In this document: in pieces, positions 1-12,164 of the stretch
How positions within the stretch are numbered: the first letter of the stretch is position 1
How the letters are laid out: the number at the start of each line of letters is the position of its first letter
Assembly (NCBI GenBank): GCA_964016885.1
Contig: OZ024740.1
Location: 117,552,001 to 117,616,000, forward strand
Direction: 5' to 3'
Source: Eledone cirrhosa
Taxonomy: Eukaryota
DNA length: 64,000 nt
The notes under the pieces: generated by a model
Told to the model about the DNA's origin: nothing
The model's database searches: none
What the model saw: only the letters and a program-made list of their open reading frames with translations
Translations under genes and position numbers: made by a program

Positions 1-166
1 GTATTAATTATGTTTCCAGTCTTCAGAAATTAAAATGCGTTTACATTATTAATAACGCAAATAATTAATTATAATTATAATTTAATTAAAAGTAAAAAAG
101 TTGGAAACATTTCAAAACTGAGTTAATTATGTCCAACATTCGACGTCAATTCGTAATCAAGTATAT

Positions 167-411
167 ACGTATATATGTATGTATGTATGTATGTATGTAA
201 GCATGTATGTATGTATGTTTGTATGTATGTATATGTGTATATATGTAAGTGTGTATGCATGTGTGTATGTATGTGTGTATGTATGTGTGTATGTATGTGT
301 GTATGCATGTAAGTGTGTATGTATGCATGTATGTATGTGTGTATGTACGTGTGTATGTATGTATGTGTGTATGTATGTATGTGTGTATGTATGTGTATAT
401 GTATGTATGTA
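167..411. repeat. (TATG/TGTG)n compound microsatellite
   Basis: Direct inspection; source of the spurious YIHT/YVCM ORFs. Confidence 0.95.
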
Positions 412-469
412 TCATGTACCAATGAATGGACAGATATAGAAATATGTAAAACTATTTACATTAATATTG

Positions 470-1068
470 GTTTAGAAGGCTAAGAATGTTTGGCGAGGGG
501 AAGTTGATTAATCACTGGTACTTTATTTTATCGGACCCATAAGGATTAAAGAAACAGCTAACCTCGGCGGGATTTAAACTCAGAACCTAAATAGCCGTAA
601 ATACATGTCACAAAACATGTTGTCCAACACTCTACCGATACTGCCAATCTACCGTCCTTAATGCTTTCTGATTTAGGCACATGGCCAACACTATTTTGGG
701 ATGGGAAAAGTCGATTAATTCAACCCCAGTGCGTTAATGTTACTTTATATCATCAACACCATAAGGATGAAAGGCACAGCTAACGTCGACAGGATTTGAA
801 CTCCGAACGTAAAGGCCCGCAACTACATCCCGTCAAACATATCCGACGCTCTACCGATACTGCGAAATAATAATGATAATAAAGAAGATGATGATAATTG
901 TTTCTACATTTTGGCACAAGGCCAGAAATTTAATGGAGAAGGAAAAGTCGATTAAATCGACCCCATTGAAAGGCACAGTTAACTTTGGCCGGATTTGAAG
1001 TCAGAACATAAAGGGACGTAAGTATATACCGTAAACATGTTGTTAGACACTTTAATGTTTCTGCCAAA
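470..1068 (-). mobile_element. Cluster of three degenerate copies of the abundant tRNA-like SINE
   Basis: Reverse complement of the ttcaaatcccgccgaggttaactttg...gtcgataaaataaagtaccag core seen at 2370, 4462, 4659, 36004. Confidence 0.8.
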
Positions 1069-1419
1069 TAATGACGATGACGATGATGATAATGATATAC
1101 ATACTTACAACACACTTTATACTGAGGAGGTTACAAAATATATGGGGCTGGCCAAGAAAAAAGAGATGTGTATGGACATTATAACACACATTAATTGAAA
1201 TATAATATTAAAGTAAAAGTACAGAAAATATTTAGAGTTATCTTCCATCACATGTAAGAGCCACTAGTTACGTTGGACCAGAGCAACGTATGACTGATAT
1301 TTTCCTAAACCGCACAATTATTAATCTCAAACGAGCCTGTGAGTAATTTTGGTGACAGATGTGTAAGATATTCACTATTTCTTCTACCAAACTAAAAGCC
1401 TAACGTCTGTCTGGAGCCA

Positions 1420-1660
1420 GGAGGATTATCTAGCAAGTGCTTATCCCGGTTTCTGTGGCGTGAAGAATACAAGACTTTCCCCTTAAGAGGACGCCAATCT
1501 ATCATAGGATTAATCCCCCCTCCTACTGCTGGTACTCAATTTCAGCTATGTATACCGGCGCTATGTAGAATGAAGTATTTTGATCAAGATCACCTGCCAG
1601 TCCAAGAAATGAACCATGCCATTATGATCGTAAGTCCAACACCCTTATCTACGAAACTGC
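1420..1660 (-). mobile_element. Second SINE-like family copy
   Basis: Homologous to 42270-42475 (cccggtttc..ggcgtgaag..ggacgcca..ggtactca.tttcagct); orientation inferred. Confidence 0.55.
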
Positions 1661-1689
1661 ACCGTACAATTTCATTGGCTGGTTATGTG

Positions 1690-2640
1690 GTTTTTAATAA
1701 CAGTCTACCAACTCGATCAACATTTCGGCTTCCTTCATTTCGTTTATTAGATCTATCAGTTATTTTTCTGTTATGTGAAGAGTTGTGATCTTCAATTCGT
1801 TGTTGAGGTGATAGGCTTTTCCTTACACATTTTGCTTCCCTTAATCTTGGCGTATATATCTTTTCAGGTTCTTTTTTTTCCCGTTGTCGCTGGAAGTCTA
1901 TCAACCCTGTTCGCTTTCTATATCTTCTGCATTATTACAAATCGATGAGGTAGAACTGTTGGCTATATTGAGTATAGTTCTCTCTAGGCTCATGGCTGGC
2001 TTCTGGAATCGACGCTTCCAGAACAACACCCGGTGGTGTGCTTGAAATAAGAGCTCCCGTGAGGTGCTGTGGGTGAGTTTTATCTTTTAGATTTTCTAGA
2101 TCTTGTCGACGGAAAGCCATTAAAGGGCCATTAGTGCCGCATGTGATGCAGTTGGATTTTATGCTGTGAACCTGGCCCTCAGCATTCAGTATACGACTCA
2201 ATTTTTTGATGGTCTTATATGTCCATAGAGACTTTGCCAACCATATATCGCCCAAAGGCACGCCCACGATGACCACCTGCCATTATTGTGCTAGCGGGTG
2301 GTGAATTGGCAGTATCGGTAGTGGGTCGGACATGCTTTCCAGCATAGTTACGTCCCTTTACGATCTGAGTTCAAATCCCGCCGAGGTTAACTTTGTCTTT
2401 CATCCTTACGGGGTCGATAAAATAAAGTACCAGTAATGTAATGGATAATTGCTGGCCTTGTGCCAAAAGTAGAAACAATTATTGTGCTAGTGGTTACCAT
2501 TGTTTTTTTAAGTGACTCTCATGTTTCTGTGGCCTAAATACTGCTCGATTAATCTATGTGTAGGTGTGCAGCTAACTGACGGAACTTGTCACTTCGTCCC
2601 GTCTTCAGTTTAAAAAAAGCAACAAACAACAATTTTGTCT
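1690..2640 (-). pseudogene. Decayed non-LTR retrotransposon C-terminal fragment, interrupted by a SINE
   Basis: ORF 1935-2276 resembles LINE post-RT sequence; frameshifted; weak similarity judged by eye. Confidence 0.35.
2295..2477 (+). mobile_element. tRNA-like SINE with 13-bp target-site duplication
   Basis: B-box-like gagttcaaatccc; TSD attattgtgctag at 2282-2294 and 2478-2490. Confidence 0.9.
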
Positions 2641-3409
2641 TACCTTGCCTGATGTAGATCTTACTCCACGTATTGTCAATAATTGCATTTGAGGGAACAA
2701 GGAGAGCCTCATTCAAAGGCGTTGGCAATGTACATATAGGTTATATTCCTTGTCTCTCATTCATGTGTGACAGTTTGTATTAAAAAATGCTCCTAAAATT
2801 TGTCACATAATGTTTATATCCAGTCCTTTCTTCCTCTAAATATTCCAGGTATAGAGCTTGCCCGTAGAAAGATATATTTACAAAAGACGAAAGAGTTACT
2901 CGACTCAAATTCCCATCATTAACCAATTACAAAGGAATACGCTACGAGCACGAACACTAAAAATATTATCTTTCGGTTATTTTCGGTATCTTTCGGTTCC
3001 TTTATCTTTCACTTCTGCTGGACATTTGATAAGATCACAATAAGGGTCAAACATTCATTAAAGCTGTTCGTCCTGTTTTCAATTTACGGGATATTACGTA
3101 AATATGACATGTGTACACGTCTATGTACTCAATGTATATATTTATACACACGTTCACGCAATCTCGGTTCACAGTTATGTATTCATCTAATTGATTATAC
3201 ATTTATTATGTTGTCGTTGCAAGTTTAACAATTACTTTTGCTATTATCGTTAATTCTAAACACACTGAGTAATACTTGAAGTATTAAGTTGTCTTTTTCA
3301 ATAGTGTCATGAAGTTGCATACGATATCATTAGTGAAGTGCATCAGGCAATTTCAATATACTAATATTTTTAGCAATTAAACTATTGCGCTGTTGGAATA
3401 TAAACTCAA

Positions 3410-3486
3410 ATATATATATATGTATATATGTATATATGTATATATGTGTATATGTATGCATGTATATATGTATGTATATATATAAA

Positions 3487-3543
<57 letters not shown>

Positions 3544-3551
3544 GTGTGTGT
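3410..3551. repeat. (TA)n/(TG)n microsatellite
   Basis: Direct inspection. Confidence 0.95.
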
Positions 3552-4387
3552 TTGTAATGAAAGGATTAAATGTCTTAGATAAGTGCATGGTAGCTTATAG
3601 TCGAACGGATTAAATGTGCATGTGTTAACTTTTAGCCGAATCGATTAACTGAATGTATGCTAGCTTATAGCCAAAAGCCATAATAAAGTTCAATATTTCA
3701 ATGTTTCGATATTAACCGCTTGGTTTGTTCTTTCATACCAATTTGTTTCATGTCTAGCACTGCTTGGTATTGACAACATTGCTAGACATTTGCTGCTGCT
3801 ATTATAAACTTGTAATTACAACCGAAACTAAAATGAGAAAAAAACTTTGAGAAAGTAACAGAAAAAATGCAATGCAAAGTATTCAATTACCAACACGAAT
3901 TAATGAACTTTTTCATCTTCAAAAGTTGTCAGATTTGCCAACGAAAAGTTAAATGTTGTCAGGAAATAAAGAAACAGATCTCATTAAAGGATTGGAATCA
4001 TGCAGGATAGATAATTAGCACTTCATGCAACATAAGCAAACCGACAATAACAGTATATATTACGGAAACGAATCATGGTTGTCCGAGTTCTGTGGCTCTC
4101 GGCCAATAGTTTCGCATTTCTATCACTGCCTGAGTTAGATACAAGGCTAAAACACTTCATTCTTGCTGACTCAAGTAGGTGGAGGTTATTGCTGTAGGAG
4201 ACGGAGATATTATATAGTTAAAGACAAGTTCATTCGCTATTTGTCCCAGAGCTGAGTCTCTAAAACATCTCGATCAGGCTTGCAGTTAGATCCTGCTTCA
4301 CATTCTGATAAAATGTACCCCCAAAACCCATTAATACCATCATACTTAATGAAATAAGGAGAAAAAATGTAATCAATTAACATTATT

Positions 4388-4800
4388 AGGTGGATTGGCA
4401 GTATCGGTAGAGGGTCGGACGTCATGCTTTCTAGCATAGTTACGTCCCTTTACGATATGAGTTCAAATCCCGTCGAGGTTGACTTTGCCTTTCATCCTTA
4501 CGGGGTCGATAAAATAAAGTACCAGTAATGAACTGATAATTGCTGGCCTTGTGCCTAAAGTAGAAACAATTATTAACATTTATGGTGGATTGGCAGTATC
4601 GGTAGAGGGTCGGACGCCATGCTTTGATGCATAGAGTTACGGTCGTTGCCATTCTGAGTTCAAATCCCGCCGAGGTTAACTTTGTCTTTCATCCTTACGA
4701 GGTCGATAAAATAAAGTACCAGTAATGTACTTGGGTCGATTTAATTGAGCCCCCCCCCCAAAAGCATTGTTGGCATTGTGTCTAAATCAGAAACCATTAT
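4388..4800 (+). mobile_element. Two head-to-tail SINE copies
   Basis: ggtggattggcagtatcggtagagggtcggacg...gttcaaatcccg...gtcgataaaataaagtaccag present twice (4389, 4585). Confidence 0.9.
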
Positions 4801-5220
4801 TTATGCAGAGATTAGAAGAAAATAATAGATCAATGCCTAATATTATTACAATATGATTTTGTCAAGTACGTACCACAACTCAGATTTCAGTCCCATTAGA
4901 TATTCCCATCGAAGCATAAACCCTCATTGTATATTAATATACATTGATGTACAATAATGTACAAGTGCAGCCGTCAGATATCAACGTGATGTGGAGGTGC
5001 CACGTGGTTGACGAAAACTAAAATACAAAACGAAAAAGAAATTGTATCTAACGCACGTGAAACTCCTTTCCTGTCATGTGTCAAGATGAATTCTATAAAT
5101 AATCCTACATAAAATTATTCCAAGAGATGTCAACATGAATGGACCTGTTATTCTTCTCTAAAAACATTTTTTCCAATTCAACCACGCCCGTCCCTTCAAT
5201 CTTTCTAATTTCTCATTCTT

Positions 5221-5256
5221 TCTTCTGGTGAAGGACTAGCGTCCGAAACGTTAAGA
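5221..5256 (+). ncRNA. Degenerate minimal type-I hammerhead motif (core CUGGUGA)
   Basis: tctt-CTGGTGA-a-ggac tagc gtcc-GAAA-cg-TT-aaga; a sister copy at 21476-21514 has an intact CTGATGA but GATA in place of GAAA. Confidence 0.6.
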
Positions 5257-5343
5257 CCCTCTTCCTGCTATTTCAAGCGTTAACCTAATATATTACTTCC
5301 CTATACTGCACCGAATGTGTTGTTATTTCGGTTTACCGTTTAA

Positions 5344-5413
<70 letters not shown>

Positions 5414-5421
<8 letters not shown>

Positions 5422-5582
5422 TAAAATAACAGATTAAAGTTAAGGGTGAAAGCAGCGATTCTTTGCTTAAACTTTAATCTGTTATTTTAATAAATATTTG
5501 CTCTACGGTTCTTATATATTTGATATATATTTATACTTATCGAGCCCTCTTAGGATTTTAGTCTTCAAATTTATTATTATTA
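5414..5582 (+). mobile_element. 3'-terminal fragment of the Hydra-like PLE with a short 5' inversion, in (TA)n
   Basis: Matches the reverse complement of 52527-52662; left arm 5414-5441 is the inverse of ~5469-5498; starts inside HHR helix II. Confidence 0.85.
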
Positions 5583-5602
5583 CTATATATATATATATAT
5601 AT

Positions 5603-5781
5603 ATAGGAACCAGTAAGACCCCGACGGCTGAGCCTAAGCCGTTTCGACGGCTAATTCTGGACGAAATGGCTTGAGCTCAGCCGCCGGGGTCTTACTGGTT
5701 CCTATTACCCATTCTACTACCCTAAGTATTGAGTACTTTGGTGCGTTATGGTCCACCTGGTTCCTTACCACATTTCCTTCG

Positions 5782-5782
<1 letters not shown>
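5603..5782 (+). mobile_element. Hairpin-headed short PLE-derived insertion (family A) in (TA)n
   Basis: Inverted arms 5603-5645 and 5660-5705; common tail also at 18929, 38292, 42735. Confidence 0.8.
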
Positions 5783-5828
<46 letters not shown>

Positions 5829-5831
5829 TAT

Positions 5832-6014
5832 AAAAGAAAGTATTGTAAGATACCAGGTGGACCATAACGCACCAGAGTACTCGATACTTAGGGTAGTAAC
5901 ATGGGTAATAAGAAAAGAGTGAGGACTCCGATAGCAGAGCTCCGGCCGTTTTGAAAGGTAGATCCGTATCTAGTTGTCGAAACGACCTGCCATCGGGGTC
6001 CTGACTCTTTTCCT
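5832..6014 (-). mobile_element. Family A copy, opposite orientation
   Basis: taccaggtggaccataacgcaccagagtactcgatacttagggtagta is the reverse complement of the family A tail. Confidence 0.75.
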
Positions 6015-6339
6015 ATATATATATATATATATATATATATTCATTATCAATAGTAGAATTGAGGAAAAGAATCTTATATAGGTGCAGGGTCTATAGCTTC
6101 GTAACAACAACGTTATGTATTGCGACTCACTTTGCGGAATACCGTCGTATATCTATGTGTATTTTTTATGTACGTCTATATGTAAGTGTATATGACATAT
6201 AACGGTGTGGCGAGTGTGAGCTATTTATGTAAAAAATCTTCAATAATTGCAGATTGGTTAAGAAAATACTAGTTAGACGTGCGTATTGGGGGACAACATG
6301 ATCAACTAAAGTCATTGGTGGTGCTATCCTAATATAACC

Positions 6340-6496
6340 ACTGCACGGACACACTAATAGAGGGAGAGCGAGGATGACATGTATTGAATGCCCTAAGGAT
6401 AGACACTGGTCTCTGAGAGACGCAGGACATGGTGGCGATGATGAGGGACAGAGACCGTTGGAGAGAACTCGTACATGGATCTAGGGAATTTTACCC

Positions 6497-6500
<4 letters not shown>
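6340..6500 (-). mobile_element. 3' end of an RTE-like LINE next to (TA)n
   Basis: Related to 55385-55500 (end of that LINE). Confidence 0.5.
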
Positions 6501-6574
<74 letters not shown>

Positions 6575-6583
<9 letters not shown>

Positions 6584-6935
6584 GCAAGTTTGAAGAATTA
6601 TTAGATAAAATATACCCAATCTTTCTTCACACTAGTCCGTAGAAATCAACTAGATAAATAATTATTTAAACGGAGCTATAAGTTTAAAATGTAACTTCGA
6701 AGAAATAATAGAGAAATGATACAGACTATTTTCCGCGAGGAACAGTCAGATAAAATTTATCCAGTCTTTCCGCTTAGCCCGTAGAAATTAACTAGACAAA
6801 TAATCAATTAAACGGAGCTAAGTCTAAAATATAAGTTAGAAGAAAAAATGCATATAAACGTTACCAATAATTCTTCAAACTTGCAATTTTATATATAGCT
6901 CTGATTAATAATTATTTGCTTAATTAATTTTTTCA
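6575..6935. repeat. (TA)n-embedded element with ~30-bp inverted arms and an internal ~100-bp direct duplication
   Basis: tataaaattgcaagtttgaagaattatt (6575) vs aataattcttcaaacttgcaattttata (6866); 6603-6710 resembles 6748-6845. Confidence 0.7.
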
Positions 6936-7035
6936 TAGAACCACACACATATATGTATCTGTGACTATGTCGAAATATATGTCTAAATATATACATATAT
7001 ATATGTCTAAATATATACATGTATCCCTATGAGTT

Positions 7036-7074
<39 letters not shown>

Positions 7075-8703
7075 TCCCGACGTATTATATGGTATAACCC
7101 ACCATATAATATGGAGGTGGCCACACCGTTAGGTAAGATCTTTCTCTCCCTTATTATGAAGCATTTCCCCCTACACATAAATATAGTAAAATTTTTAATA
7201 GAACTACTTTTACAATTTCTTACTCTACGACTCCTAACCTTGCACATAACATCACACCTTCAAATTTAGCTAAACTAGCTAGCCGTAGGAACACGTGCAA
7301 CCCTGTAGTTAGTACTAACTGTAATTGTAGGAATCGGGTTGACTGCCCCCTATCCGGGAAATGCCTCTCTAGTAACATTGTCTACACATGTAAGGTTGAA
7401 ACACCCACGTCCCATAGGGCCTACATAGGGTTAACCGCCAATAGATTCAAGCAGCGTCTTTACATGCATACCCATTCTTTTAGTTACCCTCTAAGAAGGA
7501 ATATGACGTCACTTTCAGCTTATATCTGGAGTCTAAAAGACAACCATACCCAGTATAAGTTACACTGGGAGATCCTAGCTAGGGCTAGATCGTATAACGG
7601 AAATAAAAGATCATGTGACTTCTGCGCGGCTGAGGCCCTGGAAATACTCTACGCCAAAGACCACATCTTAAAAAAAAAATCTGAGGCAATTTCGGCTTGT
7701 AAACATGAATTGCACAAAACTTTCCTGTATTACAGCCCCACATTATACCCTAACGGATAGTACGAACTATACGCGGATATGTTACGTCTTGATGTGGTAG
7801 CTAAGTATATGTTATGCTTATACTATTACTTATTTGTATAGGTAAGTATATATTACCTGTATGTTTTATGAAGGTACGTATACTTCCTCGTACGTATATT
7901 TGATTGTATGTGTTATGGCGTATATATTATATATTCTGGTACATATGCTTTTGTTATGTGTATACGTGACTTTTGCGTCTGTGTGAGTATGCGGGTTCGT
8001 ACGTATGTAGGGTGTGTGTATATGTGTACTTCGTGTTTTGGTTGACGTGCGTCTCCGAACATATGTGTATTTACATGTAGGTATGTGTGTGTGCGCTTGT
8101 TATATACGTATTTATTTATTTATATACGTTTATTTAATTATATGTATACACGCACACACACACACTTACATATATATTAACATATATATATCTATATTTA
8201 TATATATTTTTATGTGTATCTGCTGTATACATTCGTATGCGTGCGGGTACAGGCGTTGCGTGGGTTCTGTATGTGCGTGTGGGTTTTTTAAATTCTTTTT
8301 TTGTACGTGCGTGTTTTTGTATACCTATGGCGAGTGTTTTCGCGTATGCTTGTATATGTACGTATATGGATGCGTGTATGTATTTATTTCAATTACCTCT
8401 GTATTTTATTTACTTTATTCTTAATTCTGAAGCCGAGAATCATTCGGTTTCCTAGTCAGAATTTTAGTCTACGACTTCAGTTATACCATTTACGTGGTTT
8501 TGTCTTTGCGTGCAATTGTTCTCCCCGCTCCACATATGACGTATTATCTTCGTTTTTTCCGTTCATTGTCTGAGAACGTCTCTATGAACCACCTAATAGA
8601 ATATTAGTCTACGACTTCTTTTATACCATAAACGTGGTTTTGTCTTTGCGTGTAATTGTTTTTCACCGCTCCAAATAATGACGTATTATATTCGTTTTTT
8701 CCC

Positions 8704-8799
8704 AAGGTTAACTTTGCCTTTCATCCTTACGGGGTCGATAAAATAAAGTACCAGTAATGCACTGGGTAATTTGCTGGCCTTGTGCCTAACGTAGAAACA
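8704..8799 (+). mobile_element. 5'-truncated SINE with ~19-bp TSD
   Basis: attatattcgttttttccc at ~8685-8703 and ~8800-8818. Confidence 0.85.
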
Positions 8800-8926
8800 A
8801 TTATATTCGTTTTTTCCCTTTCTTTGCCAGGGAACGTTTCCACGAACCAAAGTATCGTCTTCCTGTCTTCCTCCGGTTGCAACGTTTTTTGAAATATTCA
8901 CTTCTGCGTTCACAGATTGACTTTGT

Positions 8927-8979
8927 AAGTTTCAGAAGATCCCGTTAAGGGTGAAAGCAGCGATTCTTTGCTTAAACTT
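8927..8979 (+). ncRNA. Hammerhead-like motif with CAGAAGA core in the PLE 3'UTR
   Basis: aagttt-CAGAAGA-tccc gttaa gggt-GAAA-gca..tgc-TT-aaactt; same core at 52628-52679 (-). Confidence 0.65.
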
Positions 8980-9009
8980 TAATCTGTTATTTTAATATAT
9001 ATATATATA

Positions 9010-9950
<941 letters not shown>

Positions 9951-10598
9951 TTATTGTAAAACGTTGCCATCTTTGCCACCCAGCTAGCTCCACATTTCAT
10001 CCTTTCTATAAAATATAACTAATCATTCCTTGTAATTTGAGGGAATATGGGATTCACTACAATGAATAATGTTAAATTACGCTGCAATAAAGCCAACGGT
10101 ATTAGCAGTTACCATATTCTTGACGTTTAAGAAAGTTTATCCAGAGAAAGAATTTTGTAGGATTATAGCAACTTTATGCAACACAGGCAACACAGTAAGT
10201 TACATACAAATTACAGTCGTACTTGCATTCATTCAAGAAATGTTTGAATGTATGTCATATTCTCCCACACCGACCTCACACTCAGGCATACTTATGTATG
10301 CACGCTTAAATACACTGACACATATAACACACACACAATCACACATAAACATACAGGCGTAAACCGACACACATGAACACTCAGACACACATGTAAATTG
10401 GCACAAACACGAAAGGAAAAAAAAAATCATTGTATAAATCCCAACATAACGTAATTAAAAAGAAACCCAGTTTCTGCTGTCAAGGGCACATGGACTATTT
10501 ACAAAACAGATTTGAAATATAATGCCGAATACCAGCATTCCCGTCATAAACCACACAACCACAATCAGCAACACGACCGCCTCCCCAACCCACCATCA

Positions 10599-10626
10599 TT
10601 ACTACTACTACTACTACTACTACTGA

Positions 10627-10683
<57 letters not shown>
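10599..10683. repeat. (CTA)n microsatellite
   Basis: Direct inspection. Confidence 0.95.
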
Positions 10684-10952
10684 ATCCACGAACCTTTTTT
10701 CTGACACCCCTGCAAGTACTATCAGCACTATAAACACTACTATTACCACCTCTAACCTCCCACATACTGTTCTTTGAGATCTGATATCAAATCCTGGCGA
10801 GGCCAACTTTGCTTTTCATGAATCAAGGTTCAATAGAATAAAGTGTCTTTCAAATATTAGAGTGCAACACTCTTTTCCACCAGCTGTTATATTTTTGATG
10901 ATCCGTGCATACGTGTGTACGCACTCACACACACACGTATGTTATATTTATG

Positions 10953-10998
<46 letters not shown>

Positions 10999-11004
10999 GA
11001 GAGA

Positions 11005-11312
11005 GATATATAACTAAAACTCTGTGATTGCTTGCTTATCTGTAATGTATTACAGCCAAAAGGGCGCATAATGGGAAAATACTTTGAAAGGAATTTGACC
11101 CTGAAATGCAAATACAAATGGAATAAACCAAGTTTCGCGTAAATCGGTGCACGGGTTCCCGAGATACGGGGTTTTTCCGGGTACCTTCATAAATATAGAG
11201 AGAGAAGGATAGGGAGAAAGAGATAGTGTTTGTGAGAGAGTAGATTGAAAGAGAGATAGAGAGAGAGATAGAGATAGAGAGAGAGAGGAGAGAGAGGAGT
11301 GAGAGTGGAGAG

Positions 11313-11385
<73 letters not shown>

Positions 11386-11701
11386 AGACTGAGAAGGAAA
11401 AGGGAATAGAGAGAGGTGGGTGATGTTGTTGAATGAAATTATAACCGGTGACTTAAAAAAAAAACGTATACAGTATTACTTTATCCTGCTAAATAGAAAG
11501 GGTTTCTAAGTGTGTGTGCACATATATGCGGGTGTCTGTGACCGGTGTATATAGGTCACAGACACCCGCATATATGTATATATATATATATATATGGGCC
11601 TTCCAATTTCATTTTACATTATATACATGTCTGTGTATATGTTAATTATTTTTAAATAATTTTTTTAAGTGAACGTGACCCAACGGGTCACGGGTGGTCT
11701 A

Positions 11702-11702
<1 letters not shown>
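11005..11702 (+). mobile_element. Non-autonomous Helitron
   Basis: 3' hairpin cgtgaccc-aac-gggtcacg (11674-11692), then CTAG|T at 11699-11703; body homologous to 32859-33317, which starts with TC. Confidence 0.8.
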
Positions 11703-11738
<36 letters not shown>

Positions 11739-11822
11739 AAAGTTCTATTTAAATTGTTGGGATACAACAAGCAAATATTTTTATAACTGGTATAAAACAC
11801 TCAACAAGTATTTGGAGTAAAC

Positions 11823-11977
11823 ATACGATATTAACAAATGGAAACTATATTTATAAAACCATATTTATTTCATTATACATATTTCAAGAACACCAAGTTA
11901 AATTATGGTGGCCTTGAAATATGTATAATGAAATAAATATGGTTTTATAAATATAGTTTCCATTTGTTAATATCGTA
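11823..11977. mobile_element. Hairpin PLE-derived insertion folded at HHR helix II
   Basis: Arms 11823-11887 and 11913-11977; same family as 18595-18800, which retains the whole HHR. Confidence 0.85.
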
Positions 11978-12079
11978 TATGTATATATATATATATACAT
12001 ATATATATACATGTGGGTGTGTGTGTGGAGAGAGAGAGGGAGAGAGAGAGGGAGAGAGAGGGGGAAAGAGAGAGAAAGT

Positions 12080-12110
<31 letters not shown>

Positions 12111-12164
12111 ATGAGTGTGTGTGTGTATGTGCGTTTAATATATATAATACATATATCGTACTAG

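Larger units (their letters stand above)
7071..8996 (+). mobile_element. 5'-truncated Hydra-like PLE (linker, GIY-YIG, 3'UTR) with internal insertions
   Basis: 7071-7870 is nearly identical to 54431-55230; 8828-8996 matches the 3'UTR of the 52.5-kb copy; bounded by (TA)n. Confidence 0.9.

Noticed and set aside
2295-2400. tRNA gene suggested by B-box gttcaaatccc
   Set aside because: SINE head; no cloverleaf, many diverged copies with TSDs
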